Source of the DNA: Vicugna vicugna
Taxonomy: Eukaryota
DNA: 64,000 nucleotides
Direction: 5' to 3'
Assembly: GCA_013265495.1 (NCBI GenBank)
Contig: MU058221.1
Span: 2,976,001-3,040,000, forward strand
The translations under genes were made by a program, and so were the position numbers. Below, piece after piece: positions 34,861 through 48,005 of this stretch (within the stretch, counting starts at the first letter, position 1; the number at the start of each line of letters is the position of its first letter). A model generated the notes under the pieces. The model ran no database searches. It saw only the letters and a list, made by a program, of their open reading frames with translations, and was not told the origin of the DNA.

Positions 34861-37022
34861 TTGTAATAACTGCATTTATTTTTTTCACATTACATATATC
34901 GTTGGGTGCCCATTAAAATGCAGACACCATACAAAATTCTGGTGAAAATAAACAGGAGGAAAAAAGTAAGTTTCTGAACTGTCATGGAATCTATAAAGTA
35001 GAGAGGGTTCTCTCTGATTATAAAAGTTAGGTGAGCAAATAAGTTCCTTCCTTTTAGAAAAGTAATTAAAATATTCTTTCTTTCCCTCTTGCACTTTAAA
35101 AAGAAAAAAAAAGTGTTGAGAGTGCGGCAACACTTAAATTAAGGAACTGAATGACTATGCATTGTCATTGGCAATTATTTTCAATTATTTTTGGTCACAG
35201 AGATTTTTGTGGATGGGTTCTCCTTATTAATCTCACAACACATTACATAAGCAGCCAAATGATGACCTTGTACTGCTCATTGGTGTCTAAAGTGTATATT
35301 TTTAAAATGCATTCCCTTCGAGACTGAAAAAGATATAATGTAGATATTTTTTCCCCTTTCAAGCCATGTGGTAGATTTTTAAATTTTTATTACAAGCTGT
35401 CAGTAGATCAATGGACAGTTAGGCACTCTGATCAGAAGTGATAACTAGAAGGACTGCAGCTGTCCCTGTGGGATTTCTCGTTAAGTAACGGGAATGACTG
35501 GCTGAGAAAATGCACATCCTTAAAGACATACTAGGTAGCTGACTCTGGGACTGACATTTTTTCTAACATATAAGAAGAGAGTTTCCTTATAAACTTAATA
35601 TTCCAAATGCTGTCATCCAAAGTCTTGACCAGTCTTTGTTCCTTCCTTATCTGGAGGGTACAGCCATATCCTCATGAAAAGTATGAGGGTATTTGGGAAG
35701 ATGCAGTCAGCCTTCTAAGGTCGCCATTAGGTGACCCACATCTGGTCCAAGAGATGACTGACCCCTGGTGAGGGTGCGTCTAACTTCCGTAGGCAGAGCC
35801 AATCAGTTATTCTTTTCTGCTCTCATGATGTTTGTCGCATTTCTCCTATTTATGTCATGCAAATCTATATAAATAATATTATAGTTGTATATCTTGTGTT
35901 TTCATGTGCTAGCCTTCCTGGTTGGTCTGAGAGCTTCCAATGACAAGAGTTCAAACTTCCCCCTTTTACTTGACGTATGGCTTAGTACTCTTCAAATGCC
36001 TGTTTTATGTCTGACAGTGGGCTGGATTTTGGTAGATTAAGCCTGGAGACTGGACTTTGATGAGTCAGGTTGCCATTTCTTAAGTTTTTTTTATCATAAA
36101 TTCCTTCCTCTTATAGATGGGCTCTCACTGACTCATTGGATCAGAACCTTCTTGATGACAGCCCTTCCCAGATCAACGTTAAGAGCACACAATTCCTGGG
36201 AGGAATAAAAGCCTTCCTTTGCCTCCATAAGATTATTCAAGACTTAACAGGGATGACCATTTCAAAGGATGAGAACTATGAATCTCCACTGACTAAAACC
36301 TTGCAAACCACTATTCCGAGGAGCATGACTGGGAAAATGAAAAAGAAAAGGGACAAAAGAAAAAAAAAATCCACCTCTCACGTTTATAGAACACTTCCAT
36401 GTTTATAAAGCACTCATTGACTCTTATTATATAGCTGTTTAAGGTAAGAGAATTAGAATATTCCCATTCCAGAGAAGAAAAACTCAAAAGTTTCACAGTT
36501 GGCAAGAGGTGAACTCTTGGCTGGAAAACAAGCCTTCTCATCTGAATTCCAAGTCAGCCTCTAGGACACAACTATGTCCTCGTGTCTGTGTCCATATTAT
36601 GCGAAACTCTTCCCTCCCCCAAGGTAATCGGTTCCTTAAGCCTGAGTTTTGCATGCTGGGATAACCACAGAATGAAGGGAACACACAGAGAACTGCATTC
36701 TGTTCAGTGCAGCCTACTTGTTACCTATGTGGAAGAGAGCTTGGATCAAAGATCCACACACAGTGCTGAGCAGATAAAATGTGCCCTGAGATCCAAGGAA
36801 AGATTGTCCAATGGAGAGAATTCAAGTTACTCTATGACTCTTAGCAATTTCTTATATACTAAAATACCACCAAGATCGAGCTGAAAATGGTTGGGGAGCC
36901 CGTTAAAGCCAAATCCACTGGTTCAGAAAGTGAAATGCTAGGGCCAAGAGAGAATAGCTTTATGTATAAGGTCACTGAGTCCAGCTGACCAAAAGGCCAA
37001 CTTCCTGTGCATATTTAGCTAT

Positions 37023-37046
37023 CACACACACACACACACACATACA
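37023..37046. repeat. (CA)n microsatellite
   Basis: Seen directly. Confidence 0.9.
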
Positions 37047-39204
37047 CAGAAAACTGCACTTAGAGGTAGGTCGCATGTGGTATCCAATTGTTGTCAAAAT
37101 GCTTTTAAGTGGACTCGCAAGGATGGATTCCCTCTCACACCAGGCTGACTGGCTCATTCTCTGAGTTCTACAGTGAGACCATTTTGATGTGTCCGGGTTC
37201 TGACTGCATCTAATAATACAAGGTGTGTTACTTGAGATTGGAAAAGTCTTCATCCAAGTTGGGAAGAGTGGTAAACGGGGGCTTTACACAAAATGGTACC
37301 CACCCCCGGCCAAAACAAAAGCAGCCGACTGTGGGATAATAAAGGTAGTACGCCTCCCCGCAGTCTGTGAGCCATCTTTCAGAAAAGCACCAGAATCGCT
37401 TTGGTACGGTTCTGCTCTTACCCTTCCAACATGAAGAGGAGAGACGGTGTATTACAATGAAGTTATTACACCTTTCATTACTGTTTGTATGTTTTTCAAT
37501 CTGCAGAAACTTTTTATCGACTAGCTTTCATGGAAGCCCGATGTGTACAGCAGACAACAGCTAGGGGCAGGCACAGACCAGGCCCCACCCACTTGGTCTC
37601 TTAACCATTCGCCATGGTGTTGCGTAAGCCTTTGCAGGTATATTTTCAAGGAGTTTATTTGCAGCCGTGTTTGTAGTTGGCAAACTTTTAGCAGGAAAAA
37701 AAAAAGCCCTCAGTTACTGAAGTTTTTAAAGAATGTTATATGCCACATTACTGAATGCCATATAGTCATCATAACAGGTTGATATAAATCTGACATGGAA
37801 AGATATTCATAATGTATCATTAAATCACAGAAAAACAAATTAAACCCAAAACTTTGACGAATGGTATGAATATACTGATCACATTGAAAAAAATTACACA
37901 TGTGCACATACGTGATTTATTTAGTTTAAAGAAAGAAAAATGATACTGTATGTGGATTTGTTCTGTACATTAGAAGAATAAATTTTAATATTGCCCATTT
38001 TTCTTTCAGAGAAAAAAATAGAAGAAGAGATCCCAGCATAAGATTTTGATTGTATTTTTAAAAATATGTCACGTTAAATCAGCTATGAGTAATTAAAGTC
38101 CCATGGGCGGAGGTCACGTCTGGGTGGTCCTCTGTTTGGTAAAGCACTCAGTGAGCGGTATTTTTTCATTCTCTCATGATGTGCAAACGCAGCTCTGGGC
38201 AGAGCTGGTGATCACTTCCCACTGGAGGAAATGGCAGGTCAATTTTCTAGACAAAAATATTTATTGGTCCATTTTAAGTGGTTGCTCCTGCAGCAGTCCT
38301 CCTCTGCGAAGCTAAAGCTTCTCTGAAAGTCTCATCCATACCACTGGCCTGTGTCCATAGAACTTGGACAGAATAAAGAAGTCAGGGTACAGTCCAAGAT
38401 GGGCAAACCCAGACAAAGAGTAACTGGTAAGGCTGCTATAATACGTAATGCCAAGGGACGCAATTTATTTACAACCTGCCTTATGCAGAACTTACAACTA
38501 CAGTTCTAATATTACAGATTCATTGGAAGAAGGAAACGGGAGCAAGAGACACCTAGAAGAAACGTAAAGAATTTATATTTCTCGTGTGCATTGGAGGAAG
38601 AGGGGAATCACATGCATACCACACTCAGCATTTATTACCTTAATTAAAAATAAGGAGAACTAAAGACTGCATTATAAATGTACGGGCAAAAGAGTGCTCA
38701 AAATTTCCCGTCATTTTGCACTCTTGTGCCCTTGATGGTGTGTCACGGATTAGTGTTCTCACACTAGGTAAGCTGACGCGCCCTGCTCTGTGGCTCAGCA
38801 GGGAGAAGAGCCCCGGGTAGCGTGTAATCGAGCCCCTGCCCTCTTCCATTCTGAGAACTGCTGGCGCAAAGCATCAAGCCACGCAGATCTGTGTCCCGAC
38901 AAACGTTATTTTACTTGCACTTAGATCTACAGCACGTAATGCCTGTCTGAAAACAAAACCACATAAGCCCTCCAGCGGCTTCCACAATCCTCTATGCCTC
39001 CCACCTTGACAGAACTGAACAAACTCATTATATGCCCAAGAAATTAATATTGCCCAAGACACCAGTCGTTTGCACAATGCCAAGCCAAGCCTTTATTGTT
39101 TATACCCCGTATTACTTGACCTACCAGCACTAGATTCTGTTGACCATTCTCCTTTTGAGACACTTGGCTTGCATTTCAGAACACTAAAAACTCCTGGTCT
39201 GATG

Positions 39205-39720
39205 TAGATTCTGTTGGATTTTCTATGTAGATGATAATACTGTCTGAAAATATTGACCATTTTATTTTTCCTTCCTAAACCTCAGACCTCACGTTTTCTC
39301 TTGAATTACTAGAAGGTAAAGGAAATGTGAACCCTCTGGTGATAACGAGGCATCCCAAATTTCATTTCTGATAGACAGCAACTGCCTCCTTCTTCACTGA
39401 AGGGGCTTTGGTTTTGGTTACATGGCCATTTATCTAGCTGAGAGATTCTTATTTTATTCATGGTGTTTGAGAGTTTGAAAACACAAAGTCATGCTGAACT
39501 TCAGACAATACGTTTTCCGCATTGGTTAAGACTATTTTTTATATTTATATATATATATATTTTTTTTTCCCCCTGAAATAACTTGTATGAAATTGAGATT
39601 GCTTGAGTTTTGGCTGGAATCTACTTGTAAACTCGCCTGGGCTTAGGGACAGGTAAATGATGTATTACAATATTATTTTCTTTATTGCTTATTGGTTTTT
39701 TTTTTTGAACCAAATCTCTG
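39205..39720 (-). mobile_element. ancient L1 ORF2 fragments
   Basis: TTCTGTTGGATTTTCTATGTAGATGATAATACTGTCTGAAAATA resembles antisense L1 ORF2. Confidence 0.6.
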
Positions 39721-40339
39721 TTCTCTTTACAGCAACATTTCTCGATACAATTGTCCCACCTTGCCGCAAGGCGGACACTGAAGTTATATTTGTCACTGTA
39801 TTTTCGGCTTGTTTTGCTTTTGTCCCCTTCATTTGGGATTTTCACTTAGACTGTAGCCTTCTGAGAGATCCAGCTCCATGCTGGGTTCCCGGTTCCGCCC
39901 CTCCCCCTCCTCGCATCGGCTGGAGGACTTGTCTCCGGTTCCCCATGGCAACCATTCCAAGTCTGCACTGCTGTCAGTCGCCCGGTGGTTCTGGCTCTCA
40001 TTATGCTTACCACTCTAGGTTTCAGTTCCAGCTCTGTTTTAGGCATCCATGAATCCTTCTTGACTTGTTTTGCAAGCTCAGCTCTGCATGTGACATAACG
40101 TTGCATTTGCCTAATTGTTTGGTAGCAGGAGCTACTCCTGTCCAAAATACCTCATCTGTCAAATGCAAAATGTAGAAGCCCCATTTATTACGATTTTTCT
40201 AAAAATAGTTTAAAGAAAAATAATGTCAGGATGTTACAAAGCAATGACTTCTTTTTAAGATCCTGTTTATTTTTAAATAAAAATTTCCTTATTATGAAGT
40301 ACATTATAAAGAGTATGTATATGAAGTGAGTATGTTGTA

Positions 40340-40500
40340 TTTTTTTAATTTTTTATTTGCTTTTTTTATTGAGTTATGTCATTATACAATGTTGTGTCAC
40401 ATTCCAGTGTAGAGCACAAGTTTTCAGTTATACATGAACATACATACATGCATTGTCACATTCTCTTTCGCCGTGAGCCACCGCAAGATCCTGTATATAT
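40340..40500 (-). mobile_element. young L1 3'-end fragment
   Basis: Nearly colinear with 860-995. Confidence 0.9.
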
Positions 40501-40509
40501 ACCTTTTAA

Positions 40510-41365
40510 AGAAAACTAAGTGAATAGCTTATGCTCCCATTACCTAGATTAATAAACATAAATCACCTGTACCCTGGAAATTCCTCCAGCGTCTCAGGCA
40601 ACACAGCCTCATCCAAGCCCCTCCCTCCATCAGGTGCCCACTCTCCCACCTAAGTTAATAATCACCTGCCTTTTCTTTATAGTTTCACCACACTGGTGCC
40701 TGGATCTCTAAACCACGGATTGTTTAGCTTTGCTAATGTGTTACCCAGCTGTGCGTGTTCTTGACTTTTTTGTTCGTTTGTTTAATGTCATCAAGATGTT
40801 TAGTCGCATGTTGATGAGCACAGCTGTGACTTACAGGTGCGGTGTCATCGATCATTTTTACCAGTTCTTTATTAAAGGGAATGATGATTATTTTATCGTT
40901 TCCGAGGATAAAAAATGACATACACGTACCTTTTGAACACATTTTCTCGTATTTGTTCCAGGTACCGAGATAATCTTTGAGCGGAATACACAAGTAGTTT
41001 TGCCCAGAAGCCCAAAATGCTTCCTGGAGTCTTAACCAACTTACACACCTGTCAGCAGTGGATGAGGGTTCCTAATTTGCTGCGTATCCCAACCAACATT
41101 TAATTTCCTCAGTCATTTGGGTTTTTGTCAATCTCACGAGTATGAAAGAGTAGAGCATTTTGAGTGTAATTTTCATTCCCCTAGTTACCCTTTCTGTTGA
41201 TGAGATGGAAGTTCTCTACTTGTCGGATACCAAGCCTTATTACCTATAGATGCTGCAAATAGCTTTTTTCCCCAGGGGAAAAGAAATATATACATATATA
41301 TATATATATATATTTTTTTTTATTTTCTCCAGGATTGCCTTTTCACTTTCCCTATGGTATGTTTT
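40510..41365 (-). mobile_element. ancient L1 (L1ME-like) 3' region
   Basis: AATTTACACACCTGTCAGCAGTGGATGAGGGTTCC...TATCCCAACCAACATTT and TGCTGCAAATAGC. Confidence 0.6.
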
Positions 41366-41382
41366 AATAAACGAAAGTTCTT

Positions 41383-41682
41383 TTTTTCATTTTTCTTTTT
41401 AATTGAAGTAGAGTTAGTTCACAGTGTTGTGCCAATTTCTGGTGTACTGCACAATGCTTCAGTCATACTTATACATACATATATTCATTTTCATATTCTT
41501 TTTCATTATAGATTACTACAAGATATTGACTATACTTCCCTGTGTTATGCAGTATAACATCGTTGTTTATCTACTTCATACATAGTAGTTAGTATCTGCA
41601 AATCTCGAACTCCCAATTTATCCCTTCTCACCCCGTTCTCCTCTCAGGTAACCATAAGTTTGTTTTTTATGTCTGTGAGTCT
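41383..41682 (-). mobile_element. young L1 3'-UTR insertion with TSD
   Basis: TSD TAAACGAAAGTTCTT (41368-41382) and TAAACAAAAGTTCTT (41683-41697). Confidence 0.95.
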
Positions 41683-41829
41683 TAAACAAAAGTTCTTGAT
41701 TTTAGTATAACTGAATTGATTTTCCATTATAACCTGCATGCTTTTCGAGTCTGGTCAGTTCATCTTTAGCCATAGATTAAAACTACTGGAAAATAATAAT
41801 GGTACCACTGGTGAGGTACAAATGATTAC

Positions 41830-42285
41830 ATTCAATTACAATTTTTCAATACTTCTGTTAATGAACCTGTTTGAAACATTTGATACCTTTGGTTATCCTT
41901 TCCTTCTTAAAAATATTACACCCTTTGCTAGTGACAATCTTTCGATTTTTTTCCTTCTGCAGATCTTTATTTTTTTTACCACACGCCATTTAAATGTTGC
42001 TTTTGTCCATTATCTGTCTTCATTCCGCTGTTTCTCTCACTCCCTAGAATATTTCTAACTTCACCCACTCCCATGATTTCGTTTACCACTTCCCAACCAA
42101 GTCAACTCCTATGGGCTGTTGGGCTCATGCATCTAGTTTCAACCAGACATGTCCCCTCAGATATCACAAAGTAAACTCAAACCCAAACCTCCATTCTCTT
42201 TCTTAAATTTGATTTCCTGGGGTTACTGTGTGGGTTGGTGGTCCTTCTCTTCTCATGGTCACCTAAGCTACAGATTCAGGTGACA
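41830..42285 (+). mobile_element. L2 LINE fragment
   Basis: ACATTTGATACCTTTGGTTATCCTTTCCTTCTTAAAA and CCACTCCCATGATTTCGTTTACCA resemble L2. Confidence 0.6.
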
Positions 42286-42290
42286 TCCTT

Positions 42291-42459
42291 TTTTTTTTTT
42301 AATTTAAACTTTTCAATTTTTATTTTTTCCTCTCATTATTTTATTTCTTTCATATATTTTTAATGTTTGTTTATTTATTTTAATGGAGGTACTGGGGATT
42401 AAACCCAGGACCTTGTGCGTGCTAGGCACACACTCTACCACTGAGCTATACCCTCCCCC
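42291..42459 (-). mobile_element. tRNA-Ala-derived SINE (vic-1-like)
   Basis: The minus strand reads GGGGGAGGGTATAGCTCAGTGGTAGAG...GGTCCTGGGTTTAATCCCCAGTACCTCCA plus an A-rich tail. TSD AGGTGACATCCTT (42278-42290) and AGCTGACATCCTT (42460-42472). Confidence 0.92.
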
Positions 42460-44762
42460 AGCTGACATCCTTAATATGTCCTTTCCTCTACTGCCGTGTA
42501 TTGTTCATTGAACCCTATTTTCCTTTCTAAATATTTCTCAACTCTCCCTCTTGATGGAGGTGATCAACCTTCTTGGCCTTCCTCATGTCTCACCTCGATC
42601 TCTAAAAGAAGTTACTATTTTTTCTTGGCGGACATAGTACTGCTAAAATTCATCTCCTACAAAACTACTAGTAATCCATCTAATAGAGAAATAAAGTTTT
42701 ATTATATCAATAAACTATTCTTTCCCTGCCTATGTGATATAAGGAAGCTAGAGATAAGAATGTTAGGTTTAGGATAGAAAAGATGACGATAGAATGTGGC
42801 TTCATATCCAGAGTAAAAGAGCAGGTTAAGAGTCTCCTCTAAATTAGGCACATAACTCCTCCCGGTCAGAGACCCAGTGGGGTGAGCAAGGCTCCTCCAT
42901 CCTGTCAAATCTTGTCCCTCTAAGCCAACCACCCAACAGACAAACAGGCCAGAGACCCCCTCCGAGAAGGCAGGCAGACCCAAGAGACAACGTAGAAGAG
43001 GCAGGTCATTTCCCCTTAGACTCATCTCTTAGGTAACTCCCCCACACTCACTGGGATGCAGTGAGGAAGGGACGAAGACAGAGGCAAAGCGTGCTTATGT
43101 AGTGGAAGCCTACTTACCCTCAGCAAACCGCCCGCATTTTGCAGGGGCTACCCATCACCTGCAGGCTGTGATCCGAGCTTCTCAACGTGGCAGATGAGAC
43201 ATCACCTGCTGCTGCTGCCGCCGTACCTGCCGGCCACCACCATCTCCAACATCAGTGCTCACTCTGTCTTGCCTTGCATTTCAGTCTGGCAGCACTCACC
43301 TGTCCACAATTTTCAGCATTCTTTGTTCTGAGTCTTGACTTTATTCTTCTGGGTACCCTCTCTTTCCTGGTGTGTCCCCAAATCATGCCCCAGATTTCAG
43401 TCCTACACCTAACTTCTAACCCTAGTAAGCCTCAGTTTGTGCCTTTTTTTTCCCCCTCCAAAAAGCATTTTGTCTTCTCCACTCTAACTGCCTAAATGAC
43501 CCTCTCTTTTGGATCGATAATACTGTCTGCCATTTTCTAAGATTAAGTTCCCTTTGTTGTGCTAAGATGACCTATTTATGTGTGTGTCTCCCTGATGAGG
43601 CCGTACACCCTTCAGAGCAGGTATCCCATGACACCAAGAACACTACATACATTCAACGTGTTTGATGAGACAGTCTCACTTCTGCTTAAACTTCCGACCT
43701 GCTCGTCTAATCTCAGTTATGTTTTCCCATTGGATTTGACACTAGGTTTGGCTTCTTAGCTCCGATCCCTTTCATTTCTCGAAGATATGAGTTCACCCTT
43801 AATCTTTCCTGGCCTCAGCTAACTCCCACCTGATCAAGCAGGGCCTTCAGGGCCACATTGCAAATGTACTTGAACCTGGCCTGCATTGAACAGAACAGAT
43901 ATGAACCCCCACCCCTTCTGTCTTTCCACGTCAATCTCCTCCAGAGCTTTCAACTTAAAACTCTATGCAGGATGCAAAAAATGAAAACTGCCTCTGATGT
44001 CTTATGCTACGAGAGAAAAAGGGCAGATTTCTTTCAGCAAAAGTTTATTAAATGTCACATTCAATGTTCTTTTCTGTTTTTTTTCAAGTGTGGTCAGGTG
44101 ACGTGCCAGCCTAGCAACGGAAAACCAAACACAAGGAGCAGAGTTTAGAATTATAATCAAATAAAGATTTTCAAAATTAATCTGGCACACACTCACATTA
44201 CACATAACCGTTATTGTGGCACATGTAATATGCTACTAATAGTAAACAGTTCTTACAAATAACTGTCAGCAATATTACTTCCTTAGAGTGGAACCAAGTA
44301 TTAGCTATTTTTCTTCGTTCATTTTCCAGTATCTAGAAGCAGCAATAAATGCTGGCCGTTTTCCCTCATAGCATGGACAAGTTTAATTTCATCTCTTGCA
44401 CCCAAGTACACCGATTTTTACTGAAGTCTAGGATCTAATTATTTTTTCTCCAAGTCCTAGGATCCTACAGCCTCTTAAACTAATGGCGTACTTCTTACCT
44501 GGTCATACCCCAGTGGAACAGACAGCTCCTCACTCCCCGTACAGACCCTGAGAAGACGACCCCATGGGTGGCTAATTCATCAAATGACCAACTGGGAATC
44601 TCAGACGAGTCTGCGAAAATGTCTCTCCAGCCAACAATGGTTCATGAGGCGATTGTGTCAACTGAGGTTCATTGACTGTAAGTGACAAGCACTAACTCGG
44701 TTCAAGGCTCAGTGCCTGGGAACTGGCTCGGCTCTCGGACTTAGGTGAGCGCTGTAACCACA

Positions 44763-44897
44763 GGGGAAGGGTGTAGCTCAAGTGGCAGAGCGGATGCTCA
44801 GCTCCCAGCAGGTCAGGGGTTCGATCCCCAGGACCTCCTCCAAGCAGAAACCAATGAAGGAACCTAATTTCCTCTCCCTCATATAGGACGCAATGCA
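44763..44897 (+). mobile_element. tRNA-derived SINE (vic-1-like)
   Basis: A box TAGCTCAAGTGG at 44774-44785 and B box GGTTCGATCCC at 44818-44828. Decayed TSD AGCGCTGTAACCACA and AGTGTTGTAACCAAA. Confidence 0.88.
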
Positions 44898-46224
44898 AGT
44901 GTTGTAACCAAAGTAGTTTCAGACGAACAAATGAAGCAAAATCGTTATGGGCTGTCTCTTGGTGGTCCTCCTCAGTAACCTACGATACGTTAACCAAAGC
45001 TAGAGATGTGCATGGACCATTTATTTCCTAAAAATAGGTTTCTGTGATCATATCTGTACTTAAACACTCTAGTTAAATGCCACCATCAGCTGTGCCTATA
45101 ATGATGGTGAAATCCATTTCGTTTCTAGAGGTTAATTGCTTCCACCTCTACCTCACAACCTTAAACTTCTCTCAGTTCCACAGAGAAGAGGCAACCAATT
45201 TTAACTGCAAACCTTCCTACTGACATTTCTGGCCAATAGAAAACAGCTATAAACCGGTTTCCAAATATTTTGGTGCTTTCCACATCAACCCGTTCCTGAT
45301 AAGGAAAATAGAAGTCTTCTGAAAAATGTCAGATAACATAATGAAGGAAAGTGAAAGAAGGCAGGGAGCCCACGATTCCTGGTTTTGCTAGCATTTAAAT
45401 CTCTTTGCCTATATGATGCCAATTTTCCTCTGGCCTTATAAGTCACTTATGTTGGCTAACCATAAATTCAGATTTCATTGGCCAACCCAGCAAACCATTA
45501 AGAAAAAAAGCAACCGAATACCTCAACATCTTATTGATGATGCAGAATCTCCTGTAAGTGAAGATATACCAATACATTGAGCCTTATTAAAATGTGCCCT
45601 TTCTTCTTTGATTAAGCATCCACTAAATCAAGTCTCCCCTATTTTTTAATAATACAAATTAGTGAATTACTATATTTCTTTTTTGGATAGATCTTTGATT
45701 CTGCTTCTCACTCTGCAGACCATTCTGAAAGCAATTTTTTCCCCCAAGTGAACAGTAATGAAAAGAAGGTCATGATTTCTTCAAGCAAGGCTGCTTTTTT
45801 TTTTTTTTTTTTGGAAAGCATTTCAGAAGTCTTCTGGGTCCGCCAAGAAATTCTGATGACAATTACTAGGTTATAACATTTAAAAAAAAAATTCAGGATC
45901 TTGACTTTTATATAAGAGATCTGACAATGTTGTGCATTCAACTGGAGTTGTAATTCATTAACCCACAGAACAACTCTGTGACCTCGGCTTTCGAGAGCGC
46001 CAGCGTTGCAGTTGTAAGGAAGAAGAAATAATTTCAGTAACGTCACATACTTTCTCAGTTTCAGTTCCTGACTTGAGCAAGGATTTTGCAGTTAAAGTTA
46101 GTTTTCTCTTGCCCAGTTGTCCAACGCCAATTAGAAAAAGCCATCCTATCTTGATGTTTTCGTTCTTTTTATTCCTCATTTCCTTTAAATTGATGGAATG
46201 GGAGTAACTTACCCTCTCAGTCTT

Positions 46225-46577
46225 TTTTTTTTTTTTGAATTGAGAGCATTTTTTTTTATTGAGGTATAGTTGGTCTCCAATGTTGTGTCTATTTCTGGTG
46301 TACAGCATAATTCTTCAATCATACCTGAGTATACATATATTCATTTTCTTATTCTTTTCCACCATAAGCTACTACAAGATATTGAATATATTTCCCTGTG
46401 CTGTACAGTATAAACTTGTTTATCTATTTTATATACACCAATCAGTACCTGAAAATCTCAAACTCCCAGTTTATCCCTTCCCACCTGCTCCCCTCTGGTA
46501 ACCACAAGTCTGTATATGTGAGGGCATATATCCAGAGGGAACCTTAATTCAAAAAGACACCTGCACCCCAATGTTCA
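46225..46577 (-). mobile_element. 5'-inverted (twin-primed) young L1 insertion
   Basis: Minus-strand 3'-UTR at 46225-46522 plus an oppositely oriented ORF2-end piece at 46523-46577. TSD TTACCCTCTCAGTCTT (46209-46224) and TTACCTCCTCAGTCTT (46578-46593). Confidence 0.9.
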
Positions 46578-47689
46578 TTACCTCCTCAGTCTTAACCTCC
46601 AGTGATGACCTAATCTTAGGTTCACACACAGAAGAGTCATCGATCATGGACTATCATTTTCCTATCCTCACTATATAAATATGATTTTTATTGAATGTCA
46701 CCTATTTTTAAATTCCAGTCTAAGGAGAATATCTTATTTTCTCTTTGAGGATCTATGTTTAGCACCACCTGCTAAGTCAGCTAGAATTCTTGAGTTAAAA
46801 GCAATAGAAGTAAGCTCTTACTAGGTTAAAGGCAAAAAGTGGGGACATATTATTCAAAAGACATTAGGGTATTTCCAATAAATGAAAAGAAGGTTGAATA
46901 TGAGAACACTGGTAAGAATTTAAGGTCAGGAATTTACCGGGGGTATCAGTTTCAGGAGCCCATGTATTGCCATCCCAAGGTAACTTAGCTCCATTGGCTG
47001 GCTGTCCAATAATGACCCCAAGGAGGTCCTTGGATGATTTCCTAACAGATAAAATTGTATATAAAAAGGGAGAAAAAAATAGCCTGCACAGTGGAAGAGA
47101 AAACAATATGAATAAAATTTAAATTTCAGCATCTGGAAGTAAGGACCCAGAACGGGGGGGGCAAGGTAAATGAATACATTTTCTTGGACTTGTTAAGTTT
47201 CATTTAATAGAACATTACCCAAGAGGAACCATCTATCAGGTAGTTTACAAATTTGGATGTAAGACTCTATCTGGGATGGGGGTGCAAATTTAGAAATTAT
47301 TTCTAAAGATAGTTGAAGCACTGAGGTAAACGAGAACTTCAAGAAAGGATATATGTAGGGAAAAGGTCCAGAAAGGAATCAAGCAGTTATCTGTATTTAC
47401 TGAGGTAGAAGGAAGAGGGAGATACAGCATCAAACTTAGAAACACAGAAGCCATAGAAGTCATCGCAGTCACAGAAGGAAGGGACGAACACGACTGTAAA
47501 ACGCCAGGCAGAAAAGACCCTTTAACAGCGAATATTTTATCTGATAGCCAATGTCATACTCTACAGTAAGCATTAAAATAATTATTATTAAACAAAAAAA
47601 GAAGAAACTACTGTTTGCTGTCATTTTTATTATTAAACATTATTGCTCTAAAAGTGGGGCAGGTGACGAAAAAAGGCCATGCATTTTAT

Positions 47690-48005
47690 CTCGTGCCCAT
47701 ACGCGTGTCTCTCTGCAAGGGGATTCTGCGGTTCCCTTCATTAAGAGGTGGACCGTGCAATTCACTTCTCCACCACTTGAACTGGGGCTTGGATTTGTGC
47801 TCCTCTTTGGCAAGTGGGACTTTAACCTGAAAGTGCTGGTGACGTGAGGCTTGTCCTCTTCTGCTGTTCTTGAGAACTTCGCGCTCTGTCACCAGAGGAA
47901 CGATCGTGGGCTAGCCTGACGAAATGAAGACAAATTCACAGCCAAGCTACACTGCATGGCTGCAGCCAACAAGAAGCCAGCAGCCAGATATTTGAGTGAT
48001 TTCCA
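47690..48005 (+). mobile_element. MLT1F/G-like MaLR LTR fragment
   Basis: CCTTCATTAAGAGGTGGA...CCACTTGAACTGGGGCTTGG...GGCTAGCCTG...CAGCCAGATATTTGAGTGA. Confidence 0.65.

Noticed and set aside
42385..42459. tRNA-Ala gene (also 44763-44840)
   Set aside because: A 5' extension, an A-rich tail, TSDs and a broken cloverleaf identify these as SINEs.
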